Shown here: positions 19,267-28,932 of the stretch, one piece after another
How positions within the stretch are numbered: the first letter of the stretch is position 1
How the letters are laid out: every line of letters begins with the position of its first letter
Assembly (NCBI GenBank): GCA_002784465.1
Contig: PFLE01000013.1
Span: 10,972 to 74,971, forward strand
Reading direction: 5' to 3'
Origin: Candidatus Shapirobacteria bacterium CG_4_10_14_0_8_um_filter_39_15
GTDB taxonomy: Bacteria; Patescibacteriota; Microgenomatia; UM-FILTER-39-15
DNA length: 64,000 bases
Made by a program: the position numbers and the translations under genes
Notes under the pieces: generated by a model
Seen by the model: the letters and a program-made list of their open reading frames with translations, nothing else
What the model was told of the DNA's origin: nothing
Databases searched by the model: none

Positions 19267-20406
19267 ATGAAACTTGTAATTCTTCAAGAAGATTTGAATA
19301 AAGCTTTAGTCACTGTTTCTCGTTCCGTTTCCAGTAAATCTTCTTTACCGATATTAGCCAATATTTTATTGGAAACAGAAGAAGGACGTCTTAAACTTTC
19401 CGCCACCAATTTAGAAGTCGGAATCAATTATTGGCTAGGTGTAAAAATTGACAATGAAGGTTCGATCACTATTCCTGCGAGGATAGTAAACGAGCTGATT
19501 GCTTCTTTACCGGCAGCAAAGATTGAGCTGGAAACCAAAGAATCAACTCTTTTTCTTTCAACCAACAATTTTAAAATCAACGTTGCCGGTTTGGATTCGG
19601 CCGAATTTCCCAAAGTACCGTTTTTTCCGAAAAATCCTTTGGCAGTTTTTGGCAAGGAAGATTTAATCAAAGGTTTAAGTCAGGTGGTGATTGCGGCGGC
19701 TCAAGACGAAGGCCGGCCGGTTTTGACGGGTGTTTTATTTACTTCTCGAATTGAAGGATTAACCATGGTGGCAACCGACGGGTACCGATTGTCTTTAAAA
19801 AAGATAAGCGCTCAAGAAATCGATAAATCTGTAGAAAAGCTGATCATCCCCGGAAAGACATTACAGGAAGTCGTGAGAATCGCCCAGGAAACCGCGGACA
19901 ACAAAGGAGGGAGTATCACCATCAAACTAGGATTGACAACGGAAAAAAGCCAGGCGGTCTTTTCTTTTCCGAATATTGATTTCTCGACTCGATTAATAGA
20001 AGGCGAATTTCCTGATTATCAAAAAATAATTCCGCAATCGTCAACCACTAAAGTAATTTTCGGTAAAGAAGAATTTTTACGAGCCATCAAAACGGCCTCG
20101 ATTATTGCTCGGGAGCAGGCGAATATTGTCAAGCTGGTGATTGATCCGGTTGGCAGCAGCGGCAAGATGACAATTACGGCGGAAACGGCTCAAGTAGGGG
20201 CGAACGAATCGGAAATAGAAGCCAAAACCGAAGGAGAGAAACTGGAAATCGCTTTTAATTATCGTTTTTTGCTGGATTTCTTAAACGTGGTTGAAGGAGA
20301 TGAAATTATTTTTGAAGCGGGTGGACCTTTAGCCCCGGGAGTTTTCAAGCCAACCGGCGACGATTCCTTTCTTCATATTATCATGCCGGTGAGAATTCAG
20401 GGTTGA
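19267..20406 (+). CDS. dnaN: DNA polymerase III beta sliding clamp
   Basis: 379 aa, three-domain clamp with MKLVILQEDLNKAL start, immediately after dnaA. Confidence 0.95.
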   Translation: MKLVILQEDLNKALVTVSRSVSSKSSLPILANILLETEEGRLKLSATNLEVGINYWLGVKIDNEGSITIPARIVNELIASLPAAKIELETKESTLFLSTNNFKINVAGLDSAEFPKVPFFPKNPLAVFGKEDLIKGLSQVVIAAAQDEGRPVLTGVLFTSRIEGLTMVATDGYRLSLKKISAQEIDKSVEKLIIPGKTLQEVVRIAQETADNKGGSITIKLGLTTEKSQAVFSFPNIDFSTRLIEGEFPDYQKIIPQSSTTKVIFGKEEFLRAIKTASIIAREQANIVKLVIDPVGSSGKMTITAETAQVGANESEIEAKTEGEKLEIAFNYRFLLDFLNVVEGDEIIFEAGGPLAPGVFKPTGDDSFLHIIMPVRIQG

Positions 20407-21365
20407 TCTTCCGTCGCCGGGAGAATAAGAATTGCTTGTATTGATTCTCCCGTCTGGTAAAAGAGATTTCCCCTAAAGACAAAAAACGGTCGATATTCTT
20501 GCTGATTTTTTACTCCGATAAAATATGCAAGTGAAACATCGTCAACCGTAATGCTTTTAATAATATTCATCAGCGGTGGTGAGAATTGTTCGCCCTGGGA
20601 ATTTATGGTTATGAAAAATTCTCCTTGCCCCTGCTCCAATTCTTCAATTACTTTATCGGAAGTTTTGAGGGGAATATCTGTTTTTTTTGTTTCATCAGGT
20701 TCAAAAAGATAAGAAACTAAATTAATTAGTTGTCCGGAAGTATTAATCTGGGCTTCTGTTATATTTTCCTGAATACTTAAACTTTTTAAAGGATATCCAT
20801 TTATTTGCTGTTCAAAAGCAACTTTCCAAATTTGGGCGGAAGAGGAGTCGGCGACGGGCAACAATTCAAGACCAAAGGCAGAATAACCTTTAATTGTTGG
20901 TATCGAATCCTGGTCAACCAAACCCCATAAAGTCAATTTTTCTTGGACAAGTGCTTCAGCGTCTTGGTAAGCGATTTTTTTATTAGCCAAAGAATATTTT
21001 CCGGAAAAAACAATTTGGTTGATAGTGGAAATAAAATTAACCCGGCCTAAATATTTAGCCAATAAAGCTTTTTCGGCGGCGATTGATTTGATGGAAATTG
21101 GGAAAACGGAAAGAGTTTTTGGAAATTGCGCAAAATTATTTTGGTTGAGATTGATTGTCAAGTATTCTCCGCCGATCATCAGACCGAACTCTGAAATTGG
21201 TTTGTAGATCTTTGAGGGCTGGCTAGAAGTTGGTTTAGGTTGTTTGATTGGGGCAACGGGAGCAATTGGTTTGGCAAAAAATTTAATAAGCAAAAGAGCA
21301 ACCGCAATAATTGCTAAAAAAATAATAAACCAGCGTTTTTTTAAGAATTTTTTAAGATTTTTCAT
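20397..21365 (-). CDS. Membrane-anchored extracytoplasmic protein; candidate T4SS VirB8-like component (speculative)
   Basis: Probable start MKNLKKFLKKRWFIIFLAIIAVALLL (internal Met; the upstream part of the track ORF overlaps the preceding gene). N-terminal TM then about 280 aa soluble domain; co-operonic with VirB4-like genes. Confidence 0.35.
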   Translation of the reverse strand: MKNLKKFLKKRWFIIFLAIIAVALLLIKFFAKPIAPVAPIKQPKPTSSQPSKIYKPISEFGLMIGGEYLTINLNQNNFAQFPKTLSVFPISIKSIAAEKALLAKYLGRVNFISTINQIVFSGKYSLANKKIAYQDAEALVQEKLTLWGLVDQDSIPTIKGYSAFGLELLPVADSSSAQIWKVAFEQQINGYPLKSLSIQENITEAQINTSGQLINLVSYLFEPDETKKTDIPLKTSDKVIEELEQGQGEFFITINSQGEQFSPPLMNIIKSITVDDVSLAYFIGVKNQQEYRPFFVFRGNLFYQTGESIQAILILPATEDQP

Positions 21366-21369
21366 GAAT

Positions 21370-24363
21370 TTACGGTGCTGGATTTGTCGGACAGCCATTG
21401 GCAACATCTTTAAAAGTACAGGAATTGTCGCAATTTGATAAATAATCACAAGGTGCGGGGGTATGCTCGCCCTGGCTAAAACAACCAAGTTCGATACTGC
21501 CGCAATCGCTAAAGCCCAAATGCAAATGACAACCAGTTGAGTGACCGGTGGTGCCCATAAAACCAATAATTGCTCCCTTACTGACATGCTTACCTAATTC
21601 AGTGGCAATACTTTTAAGGTGTCCATAAAGAGAAAAAAGACCCCCACCATGGTCAATAATAATATAATTTCCATAAGCGCCAAGTTCTAGCTGGTTTTCA
21701 CTGTAAAATATTTTGTAAATCGTGCCGTCTGCTACGGCATGAATGAGGATATTTACATTACTATTGGTACAATTCGTTGGTCCCGGGATATCAATTCCGG
21801 TATGACAATTACATTCGGTTGGGCTAAAAGGATCGTTATGATTGCCAAAAGGGGAAGAACAGGTATGGGAATTGTCAACCGGCCAATAAAAAGGTAAGGG
21901 GGATGGAGGGGCAATGGTTGGAAATTGGGCCGGGCAGCTGGACGAAGAGCCAGTCCAGGGAAATTGCATTCCGCCGCCGTTGGTGGGTAAAATAAAAGCA
22001 CCCGAGGCAATCATTATAATTATAAAAGCCAAAAAGCCAATTGAGCCGGCGCCGACGGCCACCCCGGCGGCAATCGGAGCGCCCGCAACAGAACCGGTGG
22101 TAATGGCAGAAATTAGCGAGGCGGCGCCTGAAGCCATTCCTGAAGCGGCCCCGCCCAGAGAAACTCCTAACCCCGGAGCCATTGCGGCCAAAGACCCGGC
22201 GCCCAAGGCCAAAAGACCTCCGCCCAAGAGAGCCGGTCCGCCCATGACCAGCGTTCCCAATCCGCCCAACATCATTCCTCCGGCAACTAAAGCTCCAGCA
22301 AGCTTTGGCCCCAGGTCTTTAAATTTCTTTTTGATAAAAGAAATAGCATCGGGGATAAAACCAACGACAAAACCAATAGCCGTTCCAACTCCTGGGGCAA
22401 CAGCAGTACCGACCGCTGCCGCACCAGCCGCAGTAGCAATCTTGCTAGCAACTTGTACTCCTAATTTTTTAGCCACTGCCGCGCTGATACCTTTGCCCAG
22501 CTTGCTTTTACTTAAGGCGGAAATAACCCGGCCGAAAGATTTTTGATAGATTGCTGTTTGAATTGAACCGAAGGAAGCGAATCTTCCGCCGGAAAGAAAA
22601 GTAACAAACCTTGTTTCTAAAGAAATTCGGAAAACAGCAATTCTGGGAGTTAAGAGTTGCGGAAGATAAATTCCCAATTCCTTGTCAAAAATTCTCGCCT
22701 TTTTCGTAAGTTGAGACAAGGAGTGATAGTGTTTCAATATTGTAACGACCGGTTTATCTCTGCCGTTTTCCTGCTGAACTTTTAATAATCGTTGGCCTTT
22801 TTCTTCTAATTTAACAATCGTTGGGTGAGTTTTTGGCATTCCCGCGCTCACTAAGACTTTGGCGCTTTCTAAATAGCGTTCACCAAATCTTCCCTCGGCA
22901 ATATCTTGCCATTCCGGAGTTTTGTTTTTGGTATTGATGATTGCGCCGGCAGCGGGAGTGGAGATAATGTGTTCCACTGTTGCCTTGAATCTTGCCATCG
23001 GGGAAACTCTTAACGGTTCTGTTCCGAGTTTAGTAAAGATTTCTTCAGGGAGAGGTTTCTCGATTCTTTCCAGCGCACTTATAATTTGGAGTTTTTGGGC
23101 GGTTTGTTCGACTTTTCCAACCAAGGTTTTGGTTTCGGCTGGTGTTAAACCTACTCCTTCATTTTCCATCGCTTGTTTGACGGCTTGGATGGCCGGGTCT
23201 TGTTCCCAACCTTTGGGTGAAAGAATTTGGGCGGTTAATACCTCGGTAGTTTTCTGACCTACTTTTTTAACAGTTTCTTTTGGAAGACCTTTTAATTTTG
23301 GTTCATCGCCAAAAACCATGGCCACGGTTTCTTCAAATTTTGCTTGTAAGGTTGGCAAGTCTTGAGGCATTTCCGGTTTGGCAACAACTTCTTGAATGTT
23401 TGGCAAAGTTTCAAAATATTTCTGAACCGTTTGGGCCGGAGATGAAGATTGGATTTGTTGAATTAAATCAGTCAATTGTTCTTTTTTCACAAAAACAACG
23501 CCGGCTTCTTGGAGGATTGTTTCAACGACACCTGACAAGGCTTGAGTTTTTTGAGGATTTGGTTCAGAATAATTACGAACAAAAGCCTCGGTAATTTTTT
23601 CCGTGGTTGGTAAAATTGTTGTTTCGGGAAGAGTTGGGTGTTGTTCAACAAGAATTTTTTGAATTTGTTCCTCTAAACCCGCTTTTATATCTGTTGGGAC
23701 TTGAGTTTTAGCCGCAGCGGCTTCTTTCGCCATTTCCGCCAGAGGAATTACCACCACTGGGGCAATCAAGGTTTGAATTTGTTTGGGTTCAAGACCGGTT
23801 TGTTGCTGTAAAATCGTCTTTAGATTTTCTTGTAAAATATTTGTCTTAACTCTTTCTTCTGGGGGAATGGCAATTTGTTGAGCGATTATTTGTTCAATAA
23901 ATGGATAAGCCGTAGCGGCTTGAGGAGTTTTTTCCAAAATCGAGGAAACTTTTTCTCGGATTTCTTTTGGAAGAATTGGTTCAGGAGTCACGGTTGGAAC
24001 CGGGGGTTCATAAACAACCTTTTCTGGAGGTTTTGCTTGAGCGGCTCTTTTTTCAAATTCTTTTTGAGCTTGGGATGCGTTTTGTTGGGTTTGCTGAACC
24101 TTTTCTCTGGCGGCGTCCATTTCCAGGGCCGCATTTTCCAAAATTTCCAAGGGCGGAAGACGGGAATCGTTAACCTCATCGTTATAGATTTTTTGAAGCA
24201 GATTGACGATTGTCAGAAGATTGTCGTCGTCGCGAATGCCATATTCTTTCAAAATCAGCCGGGTGTTGTGCAAAAAAAGAGCTCTCGGTTTTTCCGGACT
24301 GTCGATTAAATCCTGGCCTTCGGTAAGCAGGTCATAAATGTAGGGAAGATATTCGCTTCTCAT
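21370..24363 (-). CDS. Large membrane protein with C-terminal M23 (LytM-type) peptidase domain; candidate T4SS cell-wall hydrolase (PrgK/TcpG/VirB1 analogue)
   Basis: C-terminal HTGIDIPGP...YGNYIIIDHGGGLFSLYGHL...GTTGHSTGCHLH are the M23 motifs. A central Gly/Ala-rich hydrophobic block (about aa 600-760) gives multiple TM segments. The N-terminal 600 aa are helical, Q/E/K-rich and repetitive. Confidence 0.65.
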   Translation of the reverse strand: MRSEYLPYIYDLLTEGQDLIDSPEKPRALFLHNTRLILKEYGIRDDDNLLTIVNLLQKIYNDEVNDSRLPPLEILENAALEMDAAREKVQQTQQNASQAQKEFEKRAAQAKPPEKVVYEPPVPTVTPEPILPKEIREKVSSILEKTPQAATAYPFIEQIIAQQIAIPPEERVKTNILQENLKTILQQQTGLEPKQIQTLIAPVVVIPLAEMAKEAAAAKTQVPTDIKAGLEEQIQKILVEQHPTLPETTILPTTEKITEAFVRNYSEPNPQKTQALSGVVETILQEAGVVFVKKEQLTDLIQQIQSSSPAQTVQKYFETLPNIQEVVAKPEMPQDLPTLQAKFEETVAMVFGDEPKLKGLPKETVKKVGQKTTEVLTAQILSPKGWEQDPAIQAVKQAMENEGVGLTPAETKTLVGKVEQTAQKLQIISALERIEKPLPEEIFTKLGTEPLRVSPMARFKATVEHIISTPAAGAIINTKNKTPEWQDIAEGRFGERYLESAKVLVSAGMPKTHPTIVKLEEKGQRLLKVQQENGRDKPVVTILKHYHSLSQLTKKARIFDKELGIYLPQLLTPRIAVFRISLETRFVTFLSGGRFASFGSIQTAIYQKSFGRVISALSKSKLGKGISAAVAKKLGVQVASKIATAAGAAAVGTAVAPGVGTAIGFVVGFIPDAISFIKKKFKDLGPKLAGALVAGGMMLGGLGTLVMGGPALLGGGLLALGAGSLAAMAPGLGVSLGGAASGMASGAASLISAITTGSVAGAPIAAGVAVGAGSIGFLAFIIIMIASGAFILPTNGGGMQFPWTGSSSSCPAQFPTIAPPSPLPFYWPVDNSHTCSSPFGNHNDPFSPTECNCHTGIDIPGPTNCTNSNVNILIHAVADGTIYKIFYSENQLELGAYGNYIIIDHGGGLFSLYGHLKSIATELGKHVSKGAIIGFMGTTGHSTGCHLHLGFSDCGSIELGCFSQGEHTPAPCDYLSNCDNSCTFKDVANGCPTNPAP

Positions 24364-26180
24364 GTCGTTTTACCCAGCGCTTCTTGCTTTTGCCGCATTA
24401 ATTCTTCAGGCCGGGTGGTAATTAGAAGATGTTCTTCAGGAGAAGCCAAAACACGAATGCGAACGTGATTGGCGCCGGCAAAAAATAACCCTTCACCGAC
24501 GTTGGCAGCCAGTAAAAGATTTTTTTCTCCTTCGGAAAGGTAAAAGACTTTGGCAATTTGGTCAATGGCGGCCGGCGACTGCTTCATTAAAATCTGAATT
24601 GACGAGTTGGTGACAATCGCTTTTCCATAATCAGTGCTCAAAAAATCCTCCACGTCTTGGGTAATCGTGGTCAGCCCCAGCCAGTATTTCCGGGCTCTTT
24701 TGGCAATTGAGTAAATAAAATTGGCCGAATCCGGAAACTTCATCAGATACCAGGCCTCGTCAATAATCAAAATCCGGCGCTTCATATCCCGCTTAACCCG
24801 GGTCCAAATATAATCAAGAATGATAAACATCGCAATCGGTCGGAGAGCCTCCTCGAGACCTTTTAAAGAAAAAACCGTAAAAGCGTTTTTAATGTCAACG
24901 GTTGATCTTTGGTCAAAAATTCCCACAAACGAACCTTTAACGAATTTTTCAATTCGGTCAGCCAGGCCTTTGGCGTCCGTTTCTTCCATGCCGATTAAAA
25001 CTTTATAAAGATCTTCCATTAACGGCGGTTCGTTTTTTTGAGTGGCTGGTTCCGGGGTAATCCCCTTCAGTTTATAAGTCAAAATTAATGCCCGATCTAA
25101 GAGCGCTTCTTCCGAGGGAGTGAGATTGCCCATAATAACTTTAAAAAGCGAATGCAGGGAAAGAATTTTTAAACCCAATTCGTTTTCGTCCTTTTCATAA
25201 ACTTGCGATAAGTCAAAAGGATTTATTTTTGTTCCTGAATTAAAGGAAAACTCAATAAACTCACCGCCGATCGCCGCGGCCAAAGTCTTATATTCGGCCT
25301 CCGGATCAACGACGATGACTTCGGTACCGAACATGAGAGAACGAAGGGCTTCGAGTTTGACCAAATAACTTTTGCCTGCGCCTGACTTAGCAAATATCAC
25401 CGAGTTCGCGTTCTCCATGGTAAACCGGTCAAAAATAATTAAACTTCCGTTATGAAGATTAATGCCATACATAATTCCTTCATTGGCGGTTAGTTCCGAG
25501 GAAGTAAAAGGAAAAGTGGTGGCTAAGCTAGTGGTATCCATATTTCTGGTGATCATCAGCCGGTCAACGCAAAGCGGCAAAGTGGTTTTAAAGCCGTCTT
25601 CCATTTGTAAAGTCGTATTTTTGGAAACAATCAACAAAGAACCAAGGGTCGATTGCACTTGTTTGGTAACTCGGTCCAACTCTTCCAGTGAGTCGGCCGG
25701 GATCGTAATATAAAGCCCGAATTGGAAAAAGCGCTCAATGCCTTTGACCAACTGTTCCTGCAAAGCCCGGGCATCTTCCAGTTTGGCGGCCGTGCTCGGA
25801 TTAATCACCCGGCCTCCTTGGATATCTAAAGAAATTTCCGCTTCCATTTCGGCAATTTTTCGGCGCAAATCGTCTAAAACCGTTTTCCCCTCCACCGGAT
25901 AAATAAACATGGAAATATTTAAAGAATGATCAAAACTGATTAAGGGCGATAGCCAATTAGCGGCCACAAACCGCGGATAGCCGGCGACAAAAAGCGTTCG
26001 GAAATAAGAGTTGTTAATTTTAATATAATTAAAGTCAACTTCAATTGCCGACGGGGCAATAATATCTTTAACCGACAGCATTCCCTCGGCCAATTTCATA
26101 TCTGCCTCGGAACTTGCGGTTGTGCTTTCAGTTCCGGGTTCCGGGTCCTTAGTTTTACTAAAAGGCAATTTAAAATTCAT
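24360..26180 (-). CDS. VirB4/TrbE/TraE-family T4SS ATPase (C-terminal ATPase portion)
   Basis: Walker A FAKSGAGKSY, Walker B ILIIDEAWYLM, plus conserved VirB4 motifs (DPEAEY, TQ...DF). It is 606 aa, shorter than typical ~800-aa VirB4. Confidence 0.8.
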   Translation of the reverse strand: MNFKLPFSKTKDPEPGTESTTASSEADMKLAEGMLSVKDIIAPSAIEVDFNYIKINNSYFRTLFVAGYPRFVAANWLSPLISFDHSLNISMFIYPVEGKTVLDDLRRKIAEMEAEISLDIQGGRVINPSTAAKLEDARALQEQLVKGIERFFQFGLYITIPADSLEELDRVTKQVQSTLGSLLIVSKNTTLQMEDGFKTTLPLCVDRLMITRNMDTTSLATTFPFTSSELTANEGIMYGINLHNGSLIIFDRFTMENANSVIFAKSGAGKSYLVKLEALRSLMFGTEVIVVDPEAEYKTLAAAIGGEFIEFSFNSGTKINPFDLSQVYEKDENELGLKILSLHSLFKVIMGNLTPSEEALLDRALILTYKLKGITPEPATQKNEPPLMEDLYKVLIGMEETDAKGLADRIEKFVKGSFVGIFDQRSTVDIKNAFTVFSLKGLEEALRPIAMFIILDYIWTRVKRDMKRRILIIDEAWYLMKFPDSANFIYSIAKRARKYWLGLTTITQDVEDFLSTDYGKAIVTNSSIQILMKQSPAAIDQIAKVFYLSEGEKNLLLAANVGEGLFFAGANHVRIRVLASPEEHLLITTRPEELMRQKQEALGKTT

Positions 26181-26863
26181 TTTTTCTCCTGTTCAACCAT
26201 GCCGGCCGCATATTCTTTACCGGTGGTTAATTTTTGCCCGCCGGCCGATTCGGGATTATAAATATCATAAAAAAGCTGAATGGCCTCCTGGGTTTTGATT
26301 TCCCTGATTTTTAACCCTAAACGGCCAAACTGGCGGACAATATGATCCCTTTTTGGTAACAAATTCATTTTGGCTTTTTCCAGAACATATTCTTTGGCAT
26401 AGGGCAGATTTCTGGGTTTTTTGACCAAGGCGGTTAAGTTTTGACTGACACCCAATTCCATTGAGGAAAAAGGAATAATAATATAAAAAGTTTTATCCAA
26501 AACATTATTCTTTTTAACCGTTTCTTCGACAAACCGCCGGTATTTGCGCATTTGATCCTGTAAAAGGGAATTGGTTTGTTTTTGGATTTCCCGATCAAGT
26601 AAAGTAAGATATTGAGTGACGTCTTTTTGGCGGGAGCGGATGACCAGCTGAATCGGAAAGGTTAACGAGTTGAGCAATTCAGCATAAGCATAAATCGTTG
26701 CATCCTGCTCTCTTTCGGAAAGTAAGCCGAAATTAATGGCCGTGGTGGATAAAATCAAACAGCACGAACCATCTTTAAGGATTACAACGTTGTCAACCAC
26801 GTCTTCAATGTTCAGATGGTCTTGGGTGGTGCCGCGAATTGGAATGGATAATGGGTCGGGCAT
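26177..26863 (-). CDS. Probable N-terminal domain of a split VirB4 (overlaps the downstream ATPase ORF by 4 nt, ATGA)
   Basis: 228 aa + 606 aa = VirB4 full size. ATGA overlap indicates translational coupling. No separate family recognised for this ORF. Confidence 0.45.
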   Translation of the reverse strand: MPDPLSIPIRGTTQDHLNIEDVVDNVVILKDGSCCLILSTTAINFGLLSEREQDATIYAYAELLNSLTFPIQLVIRSRQKDVTQYLTLLDREIQKQTNSLLQDQMRKYRRFVEETVKKNNVLDKTFYIIIPFSSMELGVSQNLTALVKKPRNLPYAKEYVLEKAKMNLLPKRDHIVRQFGRLGLKIREIKTQEAIQLFYDIYNPESAGGQKLTTGKEYAAGMVEQEKK

Positions 26864-26872
26864 AATATTTGA

Positions 26873-26996
26873 ATAAGTAGATTATCAGTTAATCAGAATA
26901 TCAGGAAAAGAAATCTGAGAGCAGAAACCAGTAAAATTAACCGATTAACTGATCTCTGTTTTACTTTACCTGATTTTCCGATCTACTGATTTACTA
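26873..26996. repeat. Family A palindromic repeat, copy R4 (intergenic inside the T4SS operon)
   Basis: ATTATCAGTTAATCAGAATATCAGGAAAAGAAATCTGAGAGCAGAAACCAG...CTCTGTTTTACTTTACCTGATTTTCCGATCTACTGATTTACT is about 75% identical to R1. Confidence 0.6.
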
Positions 26997-27962
26997 TTAT
27001 TTCGCTTTAATTTCAATCGGTTCTACAATCTCTCCTTTTAATTCTACTCTTACATTATCAAACGCGTAACCATCTTTTTCCAAAAGAATGTCATAAAAAC
27101 CATTGGCCAATTGAGTCGCGGTACGGAATTGACCGATTTTATTGGTCCGTAGGGCCCGAACCGGATTGGCGCCTTGATCCAAAATTTCCAGGATGACATT
27201 TTCCAAAATCCGGCCGTTTTTATCCGTTACCATACCAGCCAAAATATTAGGAATTGTTGGCGCCGACGGCATCGGTATTTCCGAAGAATACCGGGCCGGC
27301 TGCGCTTGAATCGGTTGGCGGAAAGTCGATGGCGGCGGAATATAAGGAATATGCGGGGGAGTGTATTTGGGAATATGAACCGGTTGAATATTTGGCTGCT
27401 GAACTTCTAAAACAAACGGGCCGCTTAATTTGTGAACCTGCACATTTCCAGGATTTGGGATCTCGTTGGTAACCCGGGTAACCGGCGGAGTGGTCATTGA
27501 AAACATATTTTTAATTTGATTTACAAATTCGTCTTCTTTTTGGTCAATGGCGCTTTTTGCGACCGGCAAGGTGGCAACATATTCGATCATTTTAATTTTG
27601 TCTTGAGGAGTGACCACTTGTTGAGCCGGTTCGACTGGAAGTGGCGGCCGTTCTTCTAAAAATTCCGGTTTTTTGGGCGTTTTTTTCCAAAGATACTGGG
27701 TGGGTGAATAAATAGTTTTCAAAAAAGACATAAGCCAGGTTTCTAAAGGTCGTTCTTCAATCGGGAAAAAAGCCAGGCCAACGCCTAAGACCGCCGAAAC
27801 AAAAACCAATGGCCATTTGAAATACCAGGCTAAACCGGAAGCGTAAAAAATTAACGCTACCACCAAACCGCCGGCTAATTCCAGAAATTGTTTTAAGGTC
27901 ATATCACCGACCAGGCGAAATTCATAGCTTGCAATATTTTGCGGGACTGGGTGTTGCTCCAT
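26997..27962 (-). CDS. Membrane protein with two N-terminal TM helices and Pro-rich C-terminal region; possible VirB3-like T4SS component
   Basis: LKQFLELAGGLVVALIFYASGLAWYF...LVFVSAVLGVGLAFF. Position directly upstream of the VirB4 ORFs as in Gram-positive-type T4SS (PrgI/VirB3-like). Confidence 0.35.
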   Translation of the reverse strand: MEQHPVPQNIASYEFRLVGDMTLKQFLELAGGLVVALIFYASGLAWYFKWPLVFVSAVLGVGLAFFPIEERPLETWLMSFLKTIYSPTQYLWKKTPKKPEFLEERPPLPVEPAQQVVTPQDKIKMIEYVATLPVAKSAIDQKEDEFVNQIKNMFSMTTPPVTRVTNEIPNPGNVQVHKLSGPFVLEVQQPNIQPVHIPKYTPPHIPYIPPPSTFRQPIQAQPARYSSEIPMPSAPTIPNILAGMVTDKNGRILENVILEILDQGANPVRALRTNKIGQFRTATQLANGFYDILLEKDGYAFDNVRVELKGEIVEPIEIKAK

Positions 27963-28009
27963 ATAATTTATTTTTCAAAGCGCATAGGGTATAGTGTATA
28001 GGAGATGCG

Positions 28010-28375
28010 CTAAGACGTATTTTTCATTAAGGTTGTTAATATTTTAATAAGCTCTTCGTTCGTATCCTTAAATTTTTTAATTATTTGCTCGTCAAATTTA
28101 TTCGTTTCTAAAATAATTTCTAGCCAATAATCAGCTTCAAAACTGGAACCGCGAGCAATTCCTAAAAATTGATGATAACTTTTCGAATAATGTCTTCCAT
28201 AACCTTCAGCGATATTGGCGCCGATTGAAGAAACCGCTCTTATTAATTGTTTTATTAAGATTTCAGAAACTCGGTCCAACTTGGCATTGGCAAAATAGTT
28301 TATAACATCAATTGTTAAGGTTTTTGCCTTTTGATAGACGATTAGATTTTTATGGGAACTGGGCGGGTTTTCCAT
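28010..28375 (-). CDS. Four-helix-bundle protein (23S rRNA intervening-sequence protein / DGR Avd superfamily, PF05635-like), copy 1
   Basis: From the internal Met: MENPPSSHKNLIVYQKAKTL...AVSSIGANIAEGYGRHYSKSYHQFLGIARGSSFEADYWLEI matches the family pattern (WQKA...IxxNIAEGxxR...FLxIAxGSxxE). Confidence 0.7.
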   Translation of the reverse strand: MENPPSSHKNLIVYQKAKTLTIDVINYFANAKLDRVSEILIKQLIRAVSSIGANIAEGYGRHYSKSYHQFLGIARGSSFEADYWLEIILETNKFDEQIIKKFKDTNEELIKILTTLMKNTS

Positions 28376-28509
28376 TCTTTCTATGCACTTTGTGCTATGC
28401 ACTATGTTACTATCCATCGAGATTGGATTCAACTGCTTCAGACCCGATCACATTACAAACAAAATATGGCAAGTGGAAACAACTTGGTTGTTTGTGGTAA
28501 AATTAGGTT

Positions 28510-28932
28510 ATGGTTACCCGAGAACAAAAGGAAAAAATCTTTGCTTTGGGGAAAAAATACAATCTGGATTTTATTATCCTCTATGGTTCTGTGGCTAGAA
28601 ATCAGGCAGGAAAGCTTTCGGATTTAGATATTGCGGTTTATAAAAAAGGAGGGATTACTTCGGAAAAATATTTTGAACTTTACGGGAAAATGTTTGGGAT
28701 TTTTGAAAGTAAAGAAGTTGATTTAAAGACACTTAACGATCAGAGTATTTTATACCGGTATTTGGTGGTTCGCGACGGAATTTTGTTATTCGGAAATGAA
28801 TTGGAATATTTAAAATTTAAAACTTATATAATCCGTGATTATCAGGACAGCAAAGATCTTTTTGATTTGGCTGGATCTCTTGTTAGACGTCACCAGAAAG
28901 AATTGGAAGAAAGGTTAAATGTTAAATACTGA
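28510..28932 (+). CDS. Minimal nucleotidyltransferase (MntA-like antitoxin)
   Basis: LYGSVARNQAGKLSDLDIAV is the GS-x10-DxD NTase motif. Overlaps the downstream HEPN gene (ATGTTAAATACTGA). Confidence 0.75.
   Translation: MVTREQKEKIFALGKKYNLDFIILYGSVARNQAGKLSDLDIAVYKKGGITSEKYFELYGKMFGIFESKEVDLKTLNDQSILYRYLVVRDGILLFGNELEYLKFKTYIIRDYQDSKDLFDLAGSLVRRHQKELEERLNVKY

Noticed and set aside
21914-22546. 210-aa plus-strand ORF, and others (1773-2063, 9787-10263, 22922-23257, 23280-23594, 23875-24309, 57982-58437, 62077-62540 etc.)
   Set aside because: They lie antisense within long, well-supported genes with low-complexity or biased translations. Treated as shadow ORFs.
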